This document shows, piece after piece, positions 8,774 to 18,499 of a stretch of DNA of 59,235 bases. Source of the DNA: Chloroflexota bacterium (GTDB lineage Bacteria; Chloroflexota; Dehalococcoidia; Dehalococcoidales; JAUVZV01). Each line of letters starts with the position of its first letter. The stretch's first letter is position 1. The notes beneath the pieces were generated by a model. The model had not been told where the DNA came from, made no database searches, and saw nothing but the letters and a program-made list of their open reading frames with translations. The DNA lies in contig JAUVZV010000002.1 of assembly GCA_030602375.1 (NCBI GenBank), positions 1 to 59,235 on the forward strand, read 5' to 3'. The position numbers and the translations under genes were made by a program.

Positions 8774-9001
8774 ATGAACAGGATTGAAATTTATCGAGGG
8801 TGGTGTAAGAAATGCGGCATTTGTGTTGCCTTCTGTCCCCACAAAGTTCTGGAGGCAGACCAAACCTCGTATCCCGTCATAATGGATCTTGAAAAGTGCA
8901 CCGGGTGTAGATTGTGCGAGATGAGATGCCCCGATTTTGCGATAGTGGTGTACAGAGATGAGAAAACTCACGCAAGAGCAGGTGCTTCTGCAAGGCAATG
9001 A
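8774..9001 (+). CDS. 2-oxoacid:ferredoxin oxidoreductase delta subunit (2x[4Fe-4S] ferredoxin)
   Basis: Starts MNRIEIYRGWCKKCGICVAFCP and continues to CTGCRLCEMRCP. I chose ATG 8774 rather than the track's GTG 8753. Confidence 0.75.
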   Translation: MNRIEIYRGWCKKCGICVAFCPHKVLEADQTSYPVIMDLEKCTGCRLCEMRCPDFAIVVYRDEKTHARAGASARQ

Positions 9002-10103
9002 GGCCTGTGTAAAGGGTGCTCTCATGGCTGGTTGCCGCTTCTTTGCTGGATATCCCATCACTCCAGCGACAGAGGTCATGGAAATTATGGCCCAGGAGCT
9101 TCCCAAGGCTGGGGGGGTCTTCATTCAAATGGAAGATGAGATCGCCAGCTTAGGTGCGGTTATCGGTGCCTCTCTCGCCGGTGCTAAGAGCATGACAGCC
9201 ACCAGTGGGCCCGGGTTCTCCCTGATGCAGGAGCACATTGGTTTTGCCTGCATGGCTGAGGTCCCCTGCGTTATTGTTGATGTGATGCGGGCTGGTCCGA
9301 GCACTGGCCTTCCCACCCAACCATCTCAAGCTGATGTCATGCAAGCTCGTTGGGGGACTCACGGCGATCACCCTATTATTGCCCTTGCCCCTGCCTCAGT
9401 TTATGAGTTCTTGGAGCTAACTATCCAGGCCTTTAACCTCTCGGAGAGATACCGCACACCAGTGATTATACTTGTTGATGAGGTAATAGCCCACTTGAGG
9501 GAAGGGATTATCTTACCAGCTTTAGGGGATATAGAGATTGAGGAGAGGCCCCAACCAAAAGTTCCACCTGAGTGGTATCTTCCCTATGGCGACCCTGGTA
9601 GCGGTGTCCCACCCATGCCGCCATTCGGGGAAGGATATCGTTACCACGTAACAGGTTTGTACCATGATGTGCGAGGTTACCCTACCACCCGAATAGATGA
9701 AGTCGAGCCCTTAATTCGGCGACTTTTCTCCAAGATATCAAAGGATTTCGAACGTTTACAGTGGTTTGATTCTTTTCACACTGATGACGCCACAATAACG
9801 GTAATATCCTACGGCTGTGTTGCCCGTGCCGCATTTCAGGCAGTAAAGGAAGCTCGGGAACAGGGTCTTAAGGTAGGATTCGTCAAACTTAAGATTCTAT
9901 GGCCATTTATGCGCCGTACCATAACCAAAATCCTAGCCAACTCTCAAAAAGTCCTGGTGCCAGAGATGAATATTGGACAGATTTCCCGTGAAGTGAAGCG
10001 TGTCAATAAAGGTGAGTGTGAAGTAGCCACCCTAAACAAAGTTGATGGCACACCGATAACCCCACCAGAGATACTCAAGATGCTTGAGGAAATGCAGCCG
10101 TGA
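8958..10103 (+). CDS. 2-oxoacid:ferredoxin oxidoreductase alpha subunit
   Basis: 381 aa. The N-terminus LLQGNEACVKGALMAGCRFFAGYPITPATE is typical of Por/Vor/KorA. It overlaps the delta gene by 44 nt and the beta gene by 4 nt. Confidence 0.85.
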   Translation: MRKLTQEQVLLQGNEACVKGALMAGCRFFAGYPITPATEVMEIMAQELPKAGGVFIQMEDEIASLGAVIGASLAGAKSMTATSGPGFSLMQEHIGFACMAEVPCVIVDVMRAGPSTGLPTQPSQADVMQARWGTHGDHPIIALAPASVYEFLELTIQAFNLSERYRTPVIILVDEVIAHLREGIILPALGDIEIEERPQPKVPPEWYLPYGDPGSGVPPMPPFGEGYRYHVTGLYHDVRGYPTTRIDEVEPLIRRLFSKISKDFERLQWFDSFHTDDATITVISYGCVARAAFQAVKEAREQGLKVGFVKLKILWPFMRRTITKILANSQKVLVPEMNIGQISREVKRVNKGECEVATLNKVDGTPITPPEILKMLEEMQP

Positions 10104-10924
10104 AAGAAACAGCCGAGCTTGTCCATATATACCTTCGTTCTAGCAAGAAATTCCCGCACATCTGGTGTGCCGGATGTGGGATTGGAATTTTCATGAACGC
10201 TCTGCTGAGGGTCATTGACCGCATCGGCTACAGCAAGGACGATGTGGTTCTCGTCTCAGGGATTGGGTGTTCTGGCCGACTTCCTGTTTATGTTGACTTT
10301 AACACTTTGCATACTACCCATGGCAGGGCTCTCACCTTTGCTACCGGGATAAAGCTGGCTAAACCCCACCTCAAGGTAATCACTGTAATGGGTGACGGAG
10401 ATGCCATAGCTATCGGAGGAAATCATCTCATTCATGCTGCCCGGCGTAATGTGGAGATTGCAAGTTTTGTAATTAACAATTATGTGTATGGAATGACCGG
10501 GGGACAGTACTCTCCCACCACTCCCCACGGGGTTAAAACCACCTCTTCACCATACGGAAACCCCGAACATGATTTCGATATCTGTCGCGTAGTAGAAGCT
10601 GCTGGCGCCGCCTTCGTTGCCAGGTCAACCGTCTACCATACTCGCCTTCTAGACCGGCTAATAAGTAAAGCCCTCAAGAAAAAGGGATTTGCCTTGGTTG
10701 AAGTAGTCTCTCAATGTCCTACTTACTCTGGTCGTTGGCTAGACTTAGATTCCCCGGTCGAAATGATGAAGTGGCAGAAGGAGAACTCCATAACCATGGA
10801 AAAGGCAAGGCGAATTAGTAAGGATGAGCTTACAGGAAAGATAGTGATCGGTGTTCTGGCAGATAGAGAGGTGCAGACCTACCATGAAAGATACCAGCAA
10901 GTCTCAGAAAAACTCAAGGTTTGA
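10100..10924 (+). CDS. 2-oxoacid:ferredoxin oxidoreductase beta subunit (TPP-binding)
   Basis: WCAGCGIG, GIGCSGR and the TPP motif GDGDAIAIGGNHLIH are present. Confidence 0.9.
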   Translation: MKETAELVHIYLRSSKKFPHIWCAGCGIGIFMNALLRVIDRIGYSKDDVVLVSGIGCSGRLPVYVDFNTLHTTHGRALTFATGIKLAKPHLKVITVMGDGDAIAIGGNHLIHAARRNVEIASFVINNYVYGMTGGQYSPTTPHGVKTTSSPYGNPEHDFDICRVVEAAGAAFVARSTVYHTRLLDRLISKALKKKGFALVEVVSQCPTYSGRWLDLDSPVEMMKWQKENSITMEKARRISKDELTGKIVIGVLADREVQTYHERYQQVSEKLKV

Positions 10925-11483
10925 AATAAGGGTCGCTGGCTCTGGTGGGCAGGGTATAATTCTAGCTGGGATAATCCTGGCTGAGGCAGCAATCCTTGAT
11001 GGTAGGCATGTTGCCCAGAGCCAGAGCTACGGCGCGGAAACAAGGGGGGGTAACTCAGTTTCCGAAGTAATTCTAAGTGATACCGAGGTTGATTACCCTC
11101 GGGCTGTAGAACTGGATCTACTTGTTTCCTTGACACAGGAGGCCTGTGACCGGAATTTGTCGGATGTGAAAAAGGGGGGTCGGGTCATAGTGGACTCAGA
11201 CCTAGTTCATAAGGTTTTCTGGGAAGCGGTGGTAAGCTTGCCTTTCCGCCAAATAGCTCAGAATGTGGGCGAGGAAAGGGCTATCAACATGGCAGCCCTC
11301 GGTGCCATAGCGTCTTTCTGCCCTTACCTCTCTAGTACTTCTCTAACCAAAGTCATGGCAAAAAGGCTTCCTCCATCCAAGGTAGCAGTAAATAGCTTAG
11401 CCTTTGATGAAGCCTTGAAACTGGCCGACAAATTAAAAAGGGGCTTTCAGCCTCAAGAGAATAGGGAGGAGTTTGAGATTTAG
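10884..11483 (+). CDS. 2-oxoacid:ferredoxin oxidoreductase gamma subunit
   Basis: From ATG 10884 it reads MKDTSKSQKNSRFEIRVAGSGGQGIILAG. It overlaps the beta gene by 41 nt. Confidence 0.8.
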   Translation: MKDTSKSQKNSRFEIRVAGSGGQGIILAGIILAEAAILDGRHVAQSQSYGAETRGGNSVSEVILSDTEVDYPRAVELDLLVSLTQEACDRNLSDVKKGGRVIVDSDLVHKVFWEAVVSLPFRQIAQNVGEERAINMAALGAIASFCPYLSSTSLTKVMAKRLPPSKVAVNSLAFDEALKLADKLKRGFQPQENREEFEI

Positions 11484-11656
11484 CACACTAGCAAGATAAG
11501 GGCAGAATTAACCTTCCCTAATCAATAAACGACGCTTGAGAAACCGAAAACCTTTTCTTTCACTACATCGCTAGACCATCCTAACTAAAAATGCGTCAAA
11601 GCAGCAATTATGAGTAGTCCAATTCTTTGACAGAAACTAAGGTCAAGGAGGGCCAT

Positions 11657-13330
11657 ATGGAGTTAAAGCATCGAAGCAAGGATGTGGTTGAAGGAGATGA
11701 AAGGGCTTGCCATCGGGCTTATCTGCGGGATCTCGGTCTTTCTGATGAAGAAATAGCTAAACCATTTATCGGCATTATCAATTCGTGGGCTGAATTCCAC
11801 CCCGGCCATATTATCTTGCGCCCGTTTGCTGAGGAGGTCAAAAAGGGTGTCTTAGCCGCCGGAGGAATCCCTTTTGAATGCAATACCATAGCCTTATGTG
11901 ATGGTCTGTGTATGGGGCATAGCGGCATGAAGTGGGTTCTACCAAGCCGTGAACTGATAGCTGACTCGGTTGAAATACTAGCTAACGCCAATAGGTTCGA
12001 TGCTCTGGTACTTATAGCCGCCTGCGATAAAATAGTTCCCGGGATGCTAATGGGGGCTGCCAGAGTCGATATTCCCGCCATCATGTTTACTGGTGGCGCT
12101 ATGTTACCCGGGTATGTCCGCTCTGAAAAAAGAGAGATTCTTTCGACACACGCCCGGGAATACTTGGGTAAATTACGCCGCGGGGAAATAAGTAAAGAGG
12201 GGTTTTTAGAGGTAGAATGCGCCGCTGCTCCCACCTTCGGTTCCTGCGCTGGCATGGCAACAGCTAACAGCATGAGCTGCCTGGCAGAAGTGCTTGGTAT
12301 GTCGCTGCCTGGGTGTGGCACGGCTCCTGCGGTAGAGGCCAAAAAAAGGTCTTTAGCACTACAGAGTGGGAAACAGATAATTAAGGTCTTGAAGTCTGGG
12401 CTTATACCTTCAAAGATTATGACTGAAGAGGCCTTGGAGAATGCCATAACGGCGGTAATGGCACTTGGTGCTTCCACGAATTGTGTTTTGCACCTTTTGG
12501 CGATTGCTGAAGAGCTTGGTCTTAAACTTTCGCTCCAGGATTTTGACCTCATTAGCCAGAAAACACCGCATATTATCAATGTTTGGCCTTCAGGAAAATA
12601 CTTTGTCGTCGATTTGGAACGAGCCGGTGGTATCCCCGCGGTTCTTAAAGAAATAGAGCCATTGCTGCATACGGATGCTGTCACCATCACCGGGCAAACC
12701 CTTGGCGAGAACATCAAGGGTGCTTGGGTTTATAATCGGGAGGTAATCCTTTCCAGAGATAAGCCGCTTCACAGAGAAGGTGGCATTGCCATTCTATATG
12801 GAAATCTAGCCCCTGAAGGTGCGGTAGTTAAACAATCCGCCATGCCAGAGGAAATGAAGATTTTTGAAGGACAGGCCAAGGTTTATGAATCAGAAGAGGA
12901 AGCTATGAAGGCTATGTTAGCCAGTCAAGTTTTGCCGGGTGATGTAGTAGTTATTCGTTATGAAGGTCCTAAAGGCGGGCCTGGGATGCGTGAGATGCTC
13001 ATGCCGACAGCAACTTTGGTGGGTTTAGGGTTAGGTAGCTCTGTTGCCTTGGTGACTGATGGCAGATTTTCCGGAGCCAGCCGCGGGCCATGCGTGGGGC
13101 ATGTTTCACCCGAAGCGGCAGCTGGTGGCCCCATAGCACTTGTTGCCGATGGTGACCTCATTTCCATCAATATCCCCCAGCGCCGCCTAGAATTGAAAAT
13201 CTCGGACGAAGAATTAGGAGAGCGATACCAAAAATGGCCGGGCCCTAAGCTGAAAGAAAGTCGAGGGTATCTCAAGCTTTACGCTGAAAACGCTTCCCCG
13301 GCACACCGAGGGGCTAGACTCAAAAGATGA
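11657..13330 (+). CDS. IlvD/Edd-family dehydratase (dihydroxy-acid / sugar-acid dehydratase), copy 1
   Basis: ATG 11657 follows AAGGAGGG. Motifs are [47 protein letters not shown] and [11 protein letters not shown]. Confidence 0.85.
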   Translation: MELKHRSKDVVEGDERACHRAYLRDLGLSDEEIAKPFIGIINSWAEFHPGHIILRPFAEEVKKGVLAAGGIPFECNTIALCDGLCMGHSGMKWVLPSRELIADSVEILANANRFDALVLIAACDKIVPGMLMGAARVDIPAIMFTGGAMLPGYVRSEKREILSTHAREYLGKLRRGEISKEGFLEVECAAAPTFGSCAGMATANSMSCLAEVLGMSLPGCGTAPAVEAKKRSLALQSGKQIIKVLKSGLIPSKIMTEEALENAITAVMALGASTNCVLHLLAIAEELGLKLSLQDFDLISQKTPHIINVWPSGKYFVVDLERAGGIPAVLKEIEPLLHTDAVTITGQTLGENIKGAWVYNREVILSRDKPLHREGGIAILYGNLAPEGAVVKQSAMPEEMKIFEGQAKVYESEEEAMKAMLASQVLPGDVVVIRYEGPKGGPGMREMLMPTATLVGLGLGSSVALVTDGRFSGASRGPCVGHVSPEAAAGGPIALVADGDLISINIPQRRLELKISDEELGERYQKWPGPKLKESRGYLKLYAENASPAHRGARLKR

Positions 13331-13382
13331 TAACTTGCTGCCTCCCTATGTCTAGCATATATAGTCTTGCTGCTCACTCGTT

Positions 13383-15335
13383 TTAAGCATGTTTAGTGGT
13401 CAGAGGTAGCCTTAAAATGGCCTGACGTGGGCAGATGTTGGCACAGAAGCCACATCCGGTGCATATTGCCTCATCGATCTGGGCTTTGCCAGTTGCTTCA
13501 TTCCAAAAAAGAGCCGGGCACTTTAAGATGCGGTTGCAGTATCGGTCACAACCACAGTCTTCACCAAGGCACTTCTCCGAGTCAACCCATACTTTATACT
13601 CGGGACCATCTTCCCTAAAGGCCAAAAGCCCACACTTGCGGCGTAAAATCATAACCTTGGAGCCTTCTTGCTCAATGAGTTTGCATAGTTTCTCTTCAGT
13701 ATCCTCAATATCAAAGGGGTCGGCAATCTCTACCGGGCAACCTAGGCCACGGCAAACTTTCTTAATGTCTACCTTCGTAACCGGCTCTTGCATGACACTC
13801 TTAGCTGTACCCGGGTGGGGTTGAAACCCGGTCATTGCCGTGGCACCATTATCTAATATGATAAAAGCGGTGTTGGCTTGGTGATGAACTGCATTTATAA
13901 TAGCCGGGATTGCGGCATGGAAGAAGGTGGAATCACCGATAAGAGCCACCGCTTGCTGCTTGAATCCAAAACGATTAAGTTTGCCAAATCCCGAGGCTAA
14001 GCCACTACCGGTACCCATAACGTAGTAAGTTCGTGTCATCATTGTGCCAGCTTGTAGTCCATCGATGGCATAACAGCCAACATCACCGTTTATAAAGTTT
14101 TCAGCATCATCAAGCCTCAGTACATTTTTCAAAGTCCACAGACTGGCTCGGTGAGGGCAACCGGGGCACCATGCCCAGGGGCGATTCTGAACCATCTCCT
14201 GAACGTATCTTAATGCCTTCTTATCGTATCCTGTCTCTCGCGGGTGGTAATCAAGTCCCAACAATTTGGTAATGGCACCAATAACAATATCCTGGTTCAG
14301 CTCCCCCACTGAGTTTATATGACCAGTGTCTTTCCCATAAACCTTAGGTAGACCTCCGGTGGTCCATTGGCTACCCAGGTATTCTTTAAGCTGTGCTTCT
14401 ATAAATGAATCAACTTCCTCAACCACCAGAATATCCGTGCTGGGCTTAAGATAGTTTTGAATAAACTTTGTCGGTAGCGGCCAGGTAGTGCCCAATTTGA
14501 CTATGGCAACAGATTCCTCTAAACCAAGCTTTTCAATGGCATCTAAGGAGTATAGCCAGCCCGTGCCGCTACATATGACGGTTAGTTTTGCTGACTTGGG
14601 GCCGTGATACCAGTTGAACGGAGAGGACTCAAACATACCTTTAACCTGTTCCAGTTTTTGCTTGCATCTAAAGTGTTTTTCCGTTACCGGAAATGGTGAG
14701 ATATACTCTTCGGTATCAAAATGAGCCTGTCGGATGGGGCGCCCAGACTCACCGAAAGTAACCGGCGCGCTAGCGTGTGATATTCTAGTAACGCTTCTAA
14801 AGAGTACGGCAATACGCAGTTTTTCTGAAAGGGAAAAAGCCCACTTCACCATTTCCTTGGCTTCACTGGGGGTGGATGGCTCCAGAAGTGGAAACCCTCT
14901 ACTCCGGGCTGACCATCGAGAGTCGTGCTCACTGTTGCTGGACCAGGCCTGTGGGTCATCACAGACTACTATTATAAGTCCTCCACCGCCGATTTCGTTG
15001 GTATTAATCAGCGTAACAAAATCTAGGGCTACATTGAGTCCTTCCGCTTTCATACTGGTCATAGCTCTAAGGCCGCTAAGTGAGGCCGACATGGCTACCT
15101 CAGCAGCCACCTTCTCATTGGTGGACCACTGAGCATATATACCAGTCTCTTTGGCTACTTTACCGATACTTTCTAATATCTCCGAAGAGGGGGTTCCCGG
15201 ATAGGCTGCCGCCACCTGAACACCTGCCTCTATTGCACCGCGGGCTATGGCTTCGTTACCGAGCAGTAGTTCTACATGCCCAGGTGCATCTGTAGCCAGG
15301 GTGTACCTTTGAATCTTCTGCGTTACTTCTGTCAT
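13383..15335 (-). CDS. iorA: indolepyruvate:ferredoxin oxidoreductase alpha-subunit-like protein
   Basis: ATG 15335 lies 6 nt after AGGAG; the track starts at GTG 15338. The TPP motif is GDSTFFHAAIP. The C-terminal ferredoxin motifs are CLGEDCGCDRYC..CP and CTGCGFCANICP. No iorB is adjacent. Confidence 0.7.
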   Translation of the reverse strand: MTEVTQKIQRYTLATDAPGHVELLLGNEAIARGAIEAGVQVAAAYPGTPSSEILESIGKVAKETGIYAQWSTNEKVAAEVAMSASLSGLRAMTSMKAEGLNVALDFVTLINTNEIGGGGLIIVVCDDPQAWSSNSEHDSRWSARSRGFPLLEPSTPSEAKEMVKWAFSLSEKLRIAVLFRSVTRISHASAPVTFGESGRPIRQAHFDTEEYISPFPVTEKHFRCKQKLEQVKGMFESSPFNWYHGPKSAKLTVICSGTGWLYSLDAIEKLGLEESVAIVKLGTTWPLPTKFIQNYLKPSTDILVVEEVDSFIEAQLKEYLGSQWTTGGLPKVYGKDTGHINSVGELNQDIVIGAITKLLGLDYHPRETGYDKKALRYVQEMVQNRPWAWCPGCPHRASLWTLKNVLRLDDAENFINGDVGCYAIDGLQAGTMMTRTYYVMGTGSGLASGFGKLNRFGFKQQAVALIGDSTFFHAAIPAIINAVHHQANTAFIILDNGATAMTGFQPHPGTAKSVMQEPVTKVDIKKVCRGLGCPVEIADPFDIEDTEEKLCKLIEQEGSKVMILRRKCGLLAFREDGPEYKVWVDSEKCLGEDCGCDRYCNRILKCPALFWNEATGKAQIDEAICTGCGFCANICPRQAILRLPLTTKHA

Positions 15336-15522
15336 CACAGGCTCCTATCTTATAGTTTACTCTCGGTTGCTTATCTTCTAACCGCACCCAGCTCTCAAGA
15401 ATATCCCTCTAGGCGATGTTATTTCCCGCTTCTACTTTTGCCTTTTCTGCCATCTTGCTCAATAGTTTTCCAATGGCATTTGGATATCTGTAAGTGAAGA
15501 ACCAATACATTGTAATACAAAA

Positions 15523-15570
15523 GACTGGGGTTACAACAGGTTTGTGGCGAGCCTTCAAGTGACCCCAGTC
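15523..15570 (-). terminator. stem-loop followed by TTTTGTAT on the minus strand (candidate intrinsic terminator or sRNA 3' end)
   Basis: A 9-bp stem gactggggt/accccagtc encloses a 30-nt loop. On the minus strand it is followed by ttttgtatt. It lies downstream of the lipoprotein gene at 15786-16355. Confidence 0.35.
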
Positions 15571-15588
15571 ATGGTTTAAACAAGCATA

Positions 15589-15628
15589 GAGGCGGCCTAG
15601 TCAAAAAACCTATTAACTAGGTCGCCTC
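15589..15628. repeat. imperfect inverted repeat / hairpin
   Basis: gaggcggcctagt..(loop caaaaaacctatta)..actaggtcgcctc, with one bulge. Confidence 0.6.
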
Positions 15629-15785
15629 AAAATAAGTACCAGTTTCAATTTTTAATGCCCACCTAAAACGGGGCTCCAATGGCGGCATTTCTACTTCAAA
15701 TCGTCAGTCCTTAAGGGCTGGTTATGACAATATTCCCCTTCATACCGGCAGAAACCATAACCAAAATATATCAAGAAATAAGTGT

Positions 15786-16355
15786 CTATTTACTCAAATT
15801 CCAGAATACGTACCCAGTTGGCTCAAACGCGACCCGTAAATATGTCTCAGCTGGACTGAACTCAAGGGGAATAAGATAACACTCCCAGCCATCTTTGGTT
15901 TCACCACCTCCCAGCTTACCACTAAACTGGGTACGATAACGGTAACGAATGGCACTGCTGCCGTCAGGGAGTGGCACATCAGGTTTAAATATCAGTGACG
16001 GTATTGCTTTTGCCTGATTTTGGTAAAGAAGCACCATAGTCGTTTCGAGATATGGTGGAGCCAAGGGCTCATTGGTCATGTTTTCTGACCTATAATGCAT
16101 CAGTAAATACTGATTACCAGATTCTAAGGGTGGGTAGCCCCTTATCTCTGGCATGAGAATATATTCCGTAAAGGTGAACTTTATTTCATCGCTCTCAAAT
16201 GACTCTCCTACAGCTAGCGCTTCCTCAAGCGGTGGAGTCTCATAAGTGGGTACGGGTGGAGGTAGTGGAGCTTCACCACCGGGGCCACATGCCCCAACAA
16301 TAGCTACACTAGTTACCAGAAGAACTGCAAGAACTGTCCATCTAATTCGCCACAC
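15786..16355 (-). CDS. hypothetical lipoprotein
   Basis: 189 aa with a GTG start. The signal peptide plus lipobox is VAIVGAC, followed by a Pro-rich linker PLPPPVPTYETPP. Confidence 0.55.
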   Translation of the reverse strand: MWRIRWTVLAVLLVTSVAIVGACGPGGEAPLPPPVPTYETPPLEEALAVGESFESDEIKFTFTEYILMPEIRGYPPLESGNQYLLMHYRSENMTNEPLAPPYLETTMVLLYQNQAKAIPSLIFKPDVPLPDGSSAIRYRYRTQFSGKLGGGETKDGWECYLIPLEFSPAETYLRVAFEPTGYVFWNLSK

Positions 16356-16502
16356 TTTTTGACCGTCCTCCTTTCTTAATTCTAAATAGTATTATATACT
16401 ATATTCTCTCTGATTCTCATATCAATTATGGCTACCTTCAAAGAGATTGTCAATAAGCTTGTCTAACTAACTGATAACCCCTTTTCTTTTATACTTGATG
16501 TG

Positions 16503-16532
16503 TTTACAGAGGTTATCGTAACGTTGTATAAT
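16503..16532 (+). promoter_or_regulatory. sigma70-like promoter (TTTACA-18-TATAAT)
   Basis: tttaca gaggttatcgtaacgttg tataat, about 140 nt upstream of ATG 16678. Confidence 0.45.
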
Positions 16533-16677
16533 CTGCGGAAGTCAAATGCACTACCAGTTGGCCTCAAATTATGGTTCTTGACATTAAGACTCAACAAATC
16601 CCTAATCACCGCTGGCTCCAAATAGCCAGGCAAACTGTATTATTACCACTCAAATTTACCTTCAGGAGGTAAGCTAA

Positions 16678-18450
16678 ATGAAGCTGAGAAGTGAAGAGAT
16701 GCGCCAGGTGTGTTACCATCACCCAGCCCTGCTCGGGGTAGACGGCTTTTCAAAGGATGACCTTGAGAAACCTCTGATTGTAGTAATATCCAACGCCGGC
16801 CAGTCCCATCCCGGTAGTTTTCATCTAGACTGGCTGGTAGAACAGGCGTTGATTGGGGTCCGTGAGGCTGGAGGCACCCCCTTCAAGTATACAATTACTG
16901 ACGTCTGTGATGGAATCTCTCAAGGCCATGATGGCATGAACTACGTATTGGCCTCGAGAGAGTATATAGCCAGCATGATTGAAATTTATATACAATCCCA
17001 TCGCTTCGATGGTGCCGTCCTTATCTCTAGTTGTGATAAGTCCTTGCCTGCCGCTATGATTGCTGCCGCCCGCCTCAAGGATGAGATACCGGTACTTATT
17101 CTTCCGGGTGGCTCCAGCGATATCGGCACGTGCTATTTAATGAGTGGTTCCATTGGTCCGGCCTCAGCCCAGGTTGCTAGCGGTATCTTACCCCGAGAGG
17201 AGTTAGCATTTATCCAGAGGCATGCTATCCCCTGTGTGGGCGCCTGCCAGTTTATGGGAACAGCTTCAACGATGCAGGTAATGGCCGAATCCCTAGGACT
17301 AGCATCGCCAACCTCAGCATTGACACCAGCCAATAGTCACTACATTCTACAAAGTGCCAGAAAGGCCGGTAACCTGGTGATGAAGCTATTAAACGAGGGA
17401 CTCAAATCCCGGGATATCCTTAGCCAAGGAGCTTTCAGAAACGCGGTGGCCGTCCATCAAGCTACCGGCGGCTCCACCAATGCTTTGCTACATCTACCCG
17501 CCATTGCCCAAGCCGCCGGCATCAATTTCGATGTAAGCCTCTTTGACAGCTTGGGGCAGAAAGTCCCTTATCTTGCCAATATCCATACTGCCGGGGAATA
17601 CTCATCAAGGCAGTTCTGGTATGCTGGTGGTGTGCCGCGGATTTTATCCCTACTTAAAGACTCGACTCACTTAGACCTAGAGGCACTGACAGCGAGTGGA
17701 AAGACGGTGGGCAGAAATCTGGAAGAAGTCCTCAGTTCAGAATTCTTTAAGCTGGGTGAGGGCTATTTGAGCAATTACACCACCATTGATGGCTCAAGGA
17801 GACTCACCCGGGAGGACGTGGTCAGAAACCCAGATGACCCCAGAAACAATTACGGTTCCATAGCCATTCTCAAAGGCAACTTGGCACCGAGGGGGTCGGT
17901 GTTTAAATACAGTGCCTGTGACCCCGCTATGTACGAACATATGGGTAAGGCGGTTGTTTACGACCGTGAAGAGGATGCCTATCAGGCGATAGTGCACCAG
18001 GAAGTAGAAGAGGGTTCAGTAGTATTCGTCAGATATGAGGGGCCGCGGGGAAGTGGTATGCCTGAGCTTTACTATACAGCCGCCGCCATCGTCGGCCTTG
18101 AGAAATACCGTAAGTCTATCGCCTTAGTCACCGATGGGCGCTTCTCTGGTGCCTCAGCTGGCCCGGTAATCGGTCATGTATCTCCAGAGGCTTTCTCCGG
18201 AGGTCCTATCGCTCTGGTAGAGAATGGAGACCTGGTAGAGGTTAGTCTCAAAAGAAGGGCTTTAAATCTGGTGGGTATAAATGGTCAATTGAAGCCCCCT
18301 GAGGAAATTGCGACTATCGTGGAAAAGCGAAAGGCAAGATGGCAGCCACGAGTGCCAAAATATACCACCGGTGCCCTGGGTATCTACTGTCAGCTAGCAA
18401 CCTCAGGCATGGAGGGTGCCTACATACAAAGCCAAGAACAAAATACTTGA
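16678..18450 (+). CDS. IlvD/Edd-family dehydratase, copy 2 (sugar-acid dehydratase-like)
   Basis: The ATG is preceded by AGGAGG. Motifs are VCDGISQGHDGM, SCDKSLPAAM, GACQFMGTASTM, YEGPRGSGMPE and [11 protein letters not shown]. Confidence 0.85.
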   Translation: MKLRSEEMRQVCYHHPALLGVDGFSKDDLEKPLIVVISNAGQSHPGSFHLDWLVEQALIGVREAGGTPFKYTITDVCDGISQGHDGMNYVLASREYIASMIEIYIQSHRFDGAVLISSCDKSLPAAMIAAARLKDEIPVLILPGGSSDIGTCYLMSGSIGPASAQVASGILPREELAFIQRHAIPCVGACQFMGTASTMQVMAESLGLASPTSALTPANSHYILQSARKAGNLVMKLLNEGLKSRDILSQGAFRNAVAVHQATGGSTNALLHLPAIAQAAGINFDVSLFDSLGQKVPYLANIHTAGEYSSRQFWYAGGVPRILSLLKDSTHLDLEALTASGKTVGRNLEEVLSSEFFKLGEGYLSNYTTIDGSRRLTREDVVRNPDDPRNNYGSIAILKGNLAPRGSVFKYSACDPAMYEHMGKAVVYDREEDAYQAIVHQEVEEGSVVFVRYEGPRGSGMPELYYTAAAIVGLEKYRKSIALVTDGRFSGASAGPVIGHVSPEAFSGGPIALVENGDLVEVSLKRRALNLVGINGQLKPPEEIATIVEKRKARWQPRVPKYTTGALGIYCQLATSGMEGAYIQSQEQNT

Positions 18451-18499
18451 ATAGTTCCATAGTCTTGATTAGCAGATAAGTCGACTTCTTCTATTCTAA

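Noticed and set aside
11719-12717. 332-aa ORF antisense to the IlvD-family gene
   Set aside because: It lies entirely inside a confidently identified CDS, antisense to it. It is Ser/Ala/Pro-rich low-complexity sequence with no recognisable motif or RBS. This is the typical stop-poor antisense frame of a codon-biased gene.
15276-15497. 73-aa plus-strand ORF in the iorA upstream region
   Set aside because: It overlaps the iorA start on the opposite strand, has low-complexity Leu/Ser-rich composition and has no SD. It is more likely non-coding promoter or leader DNA.
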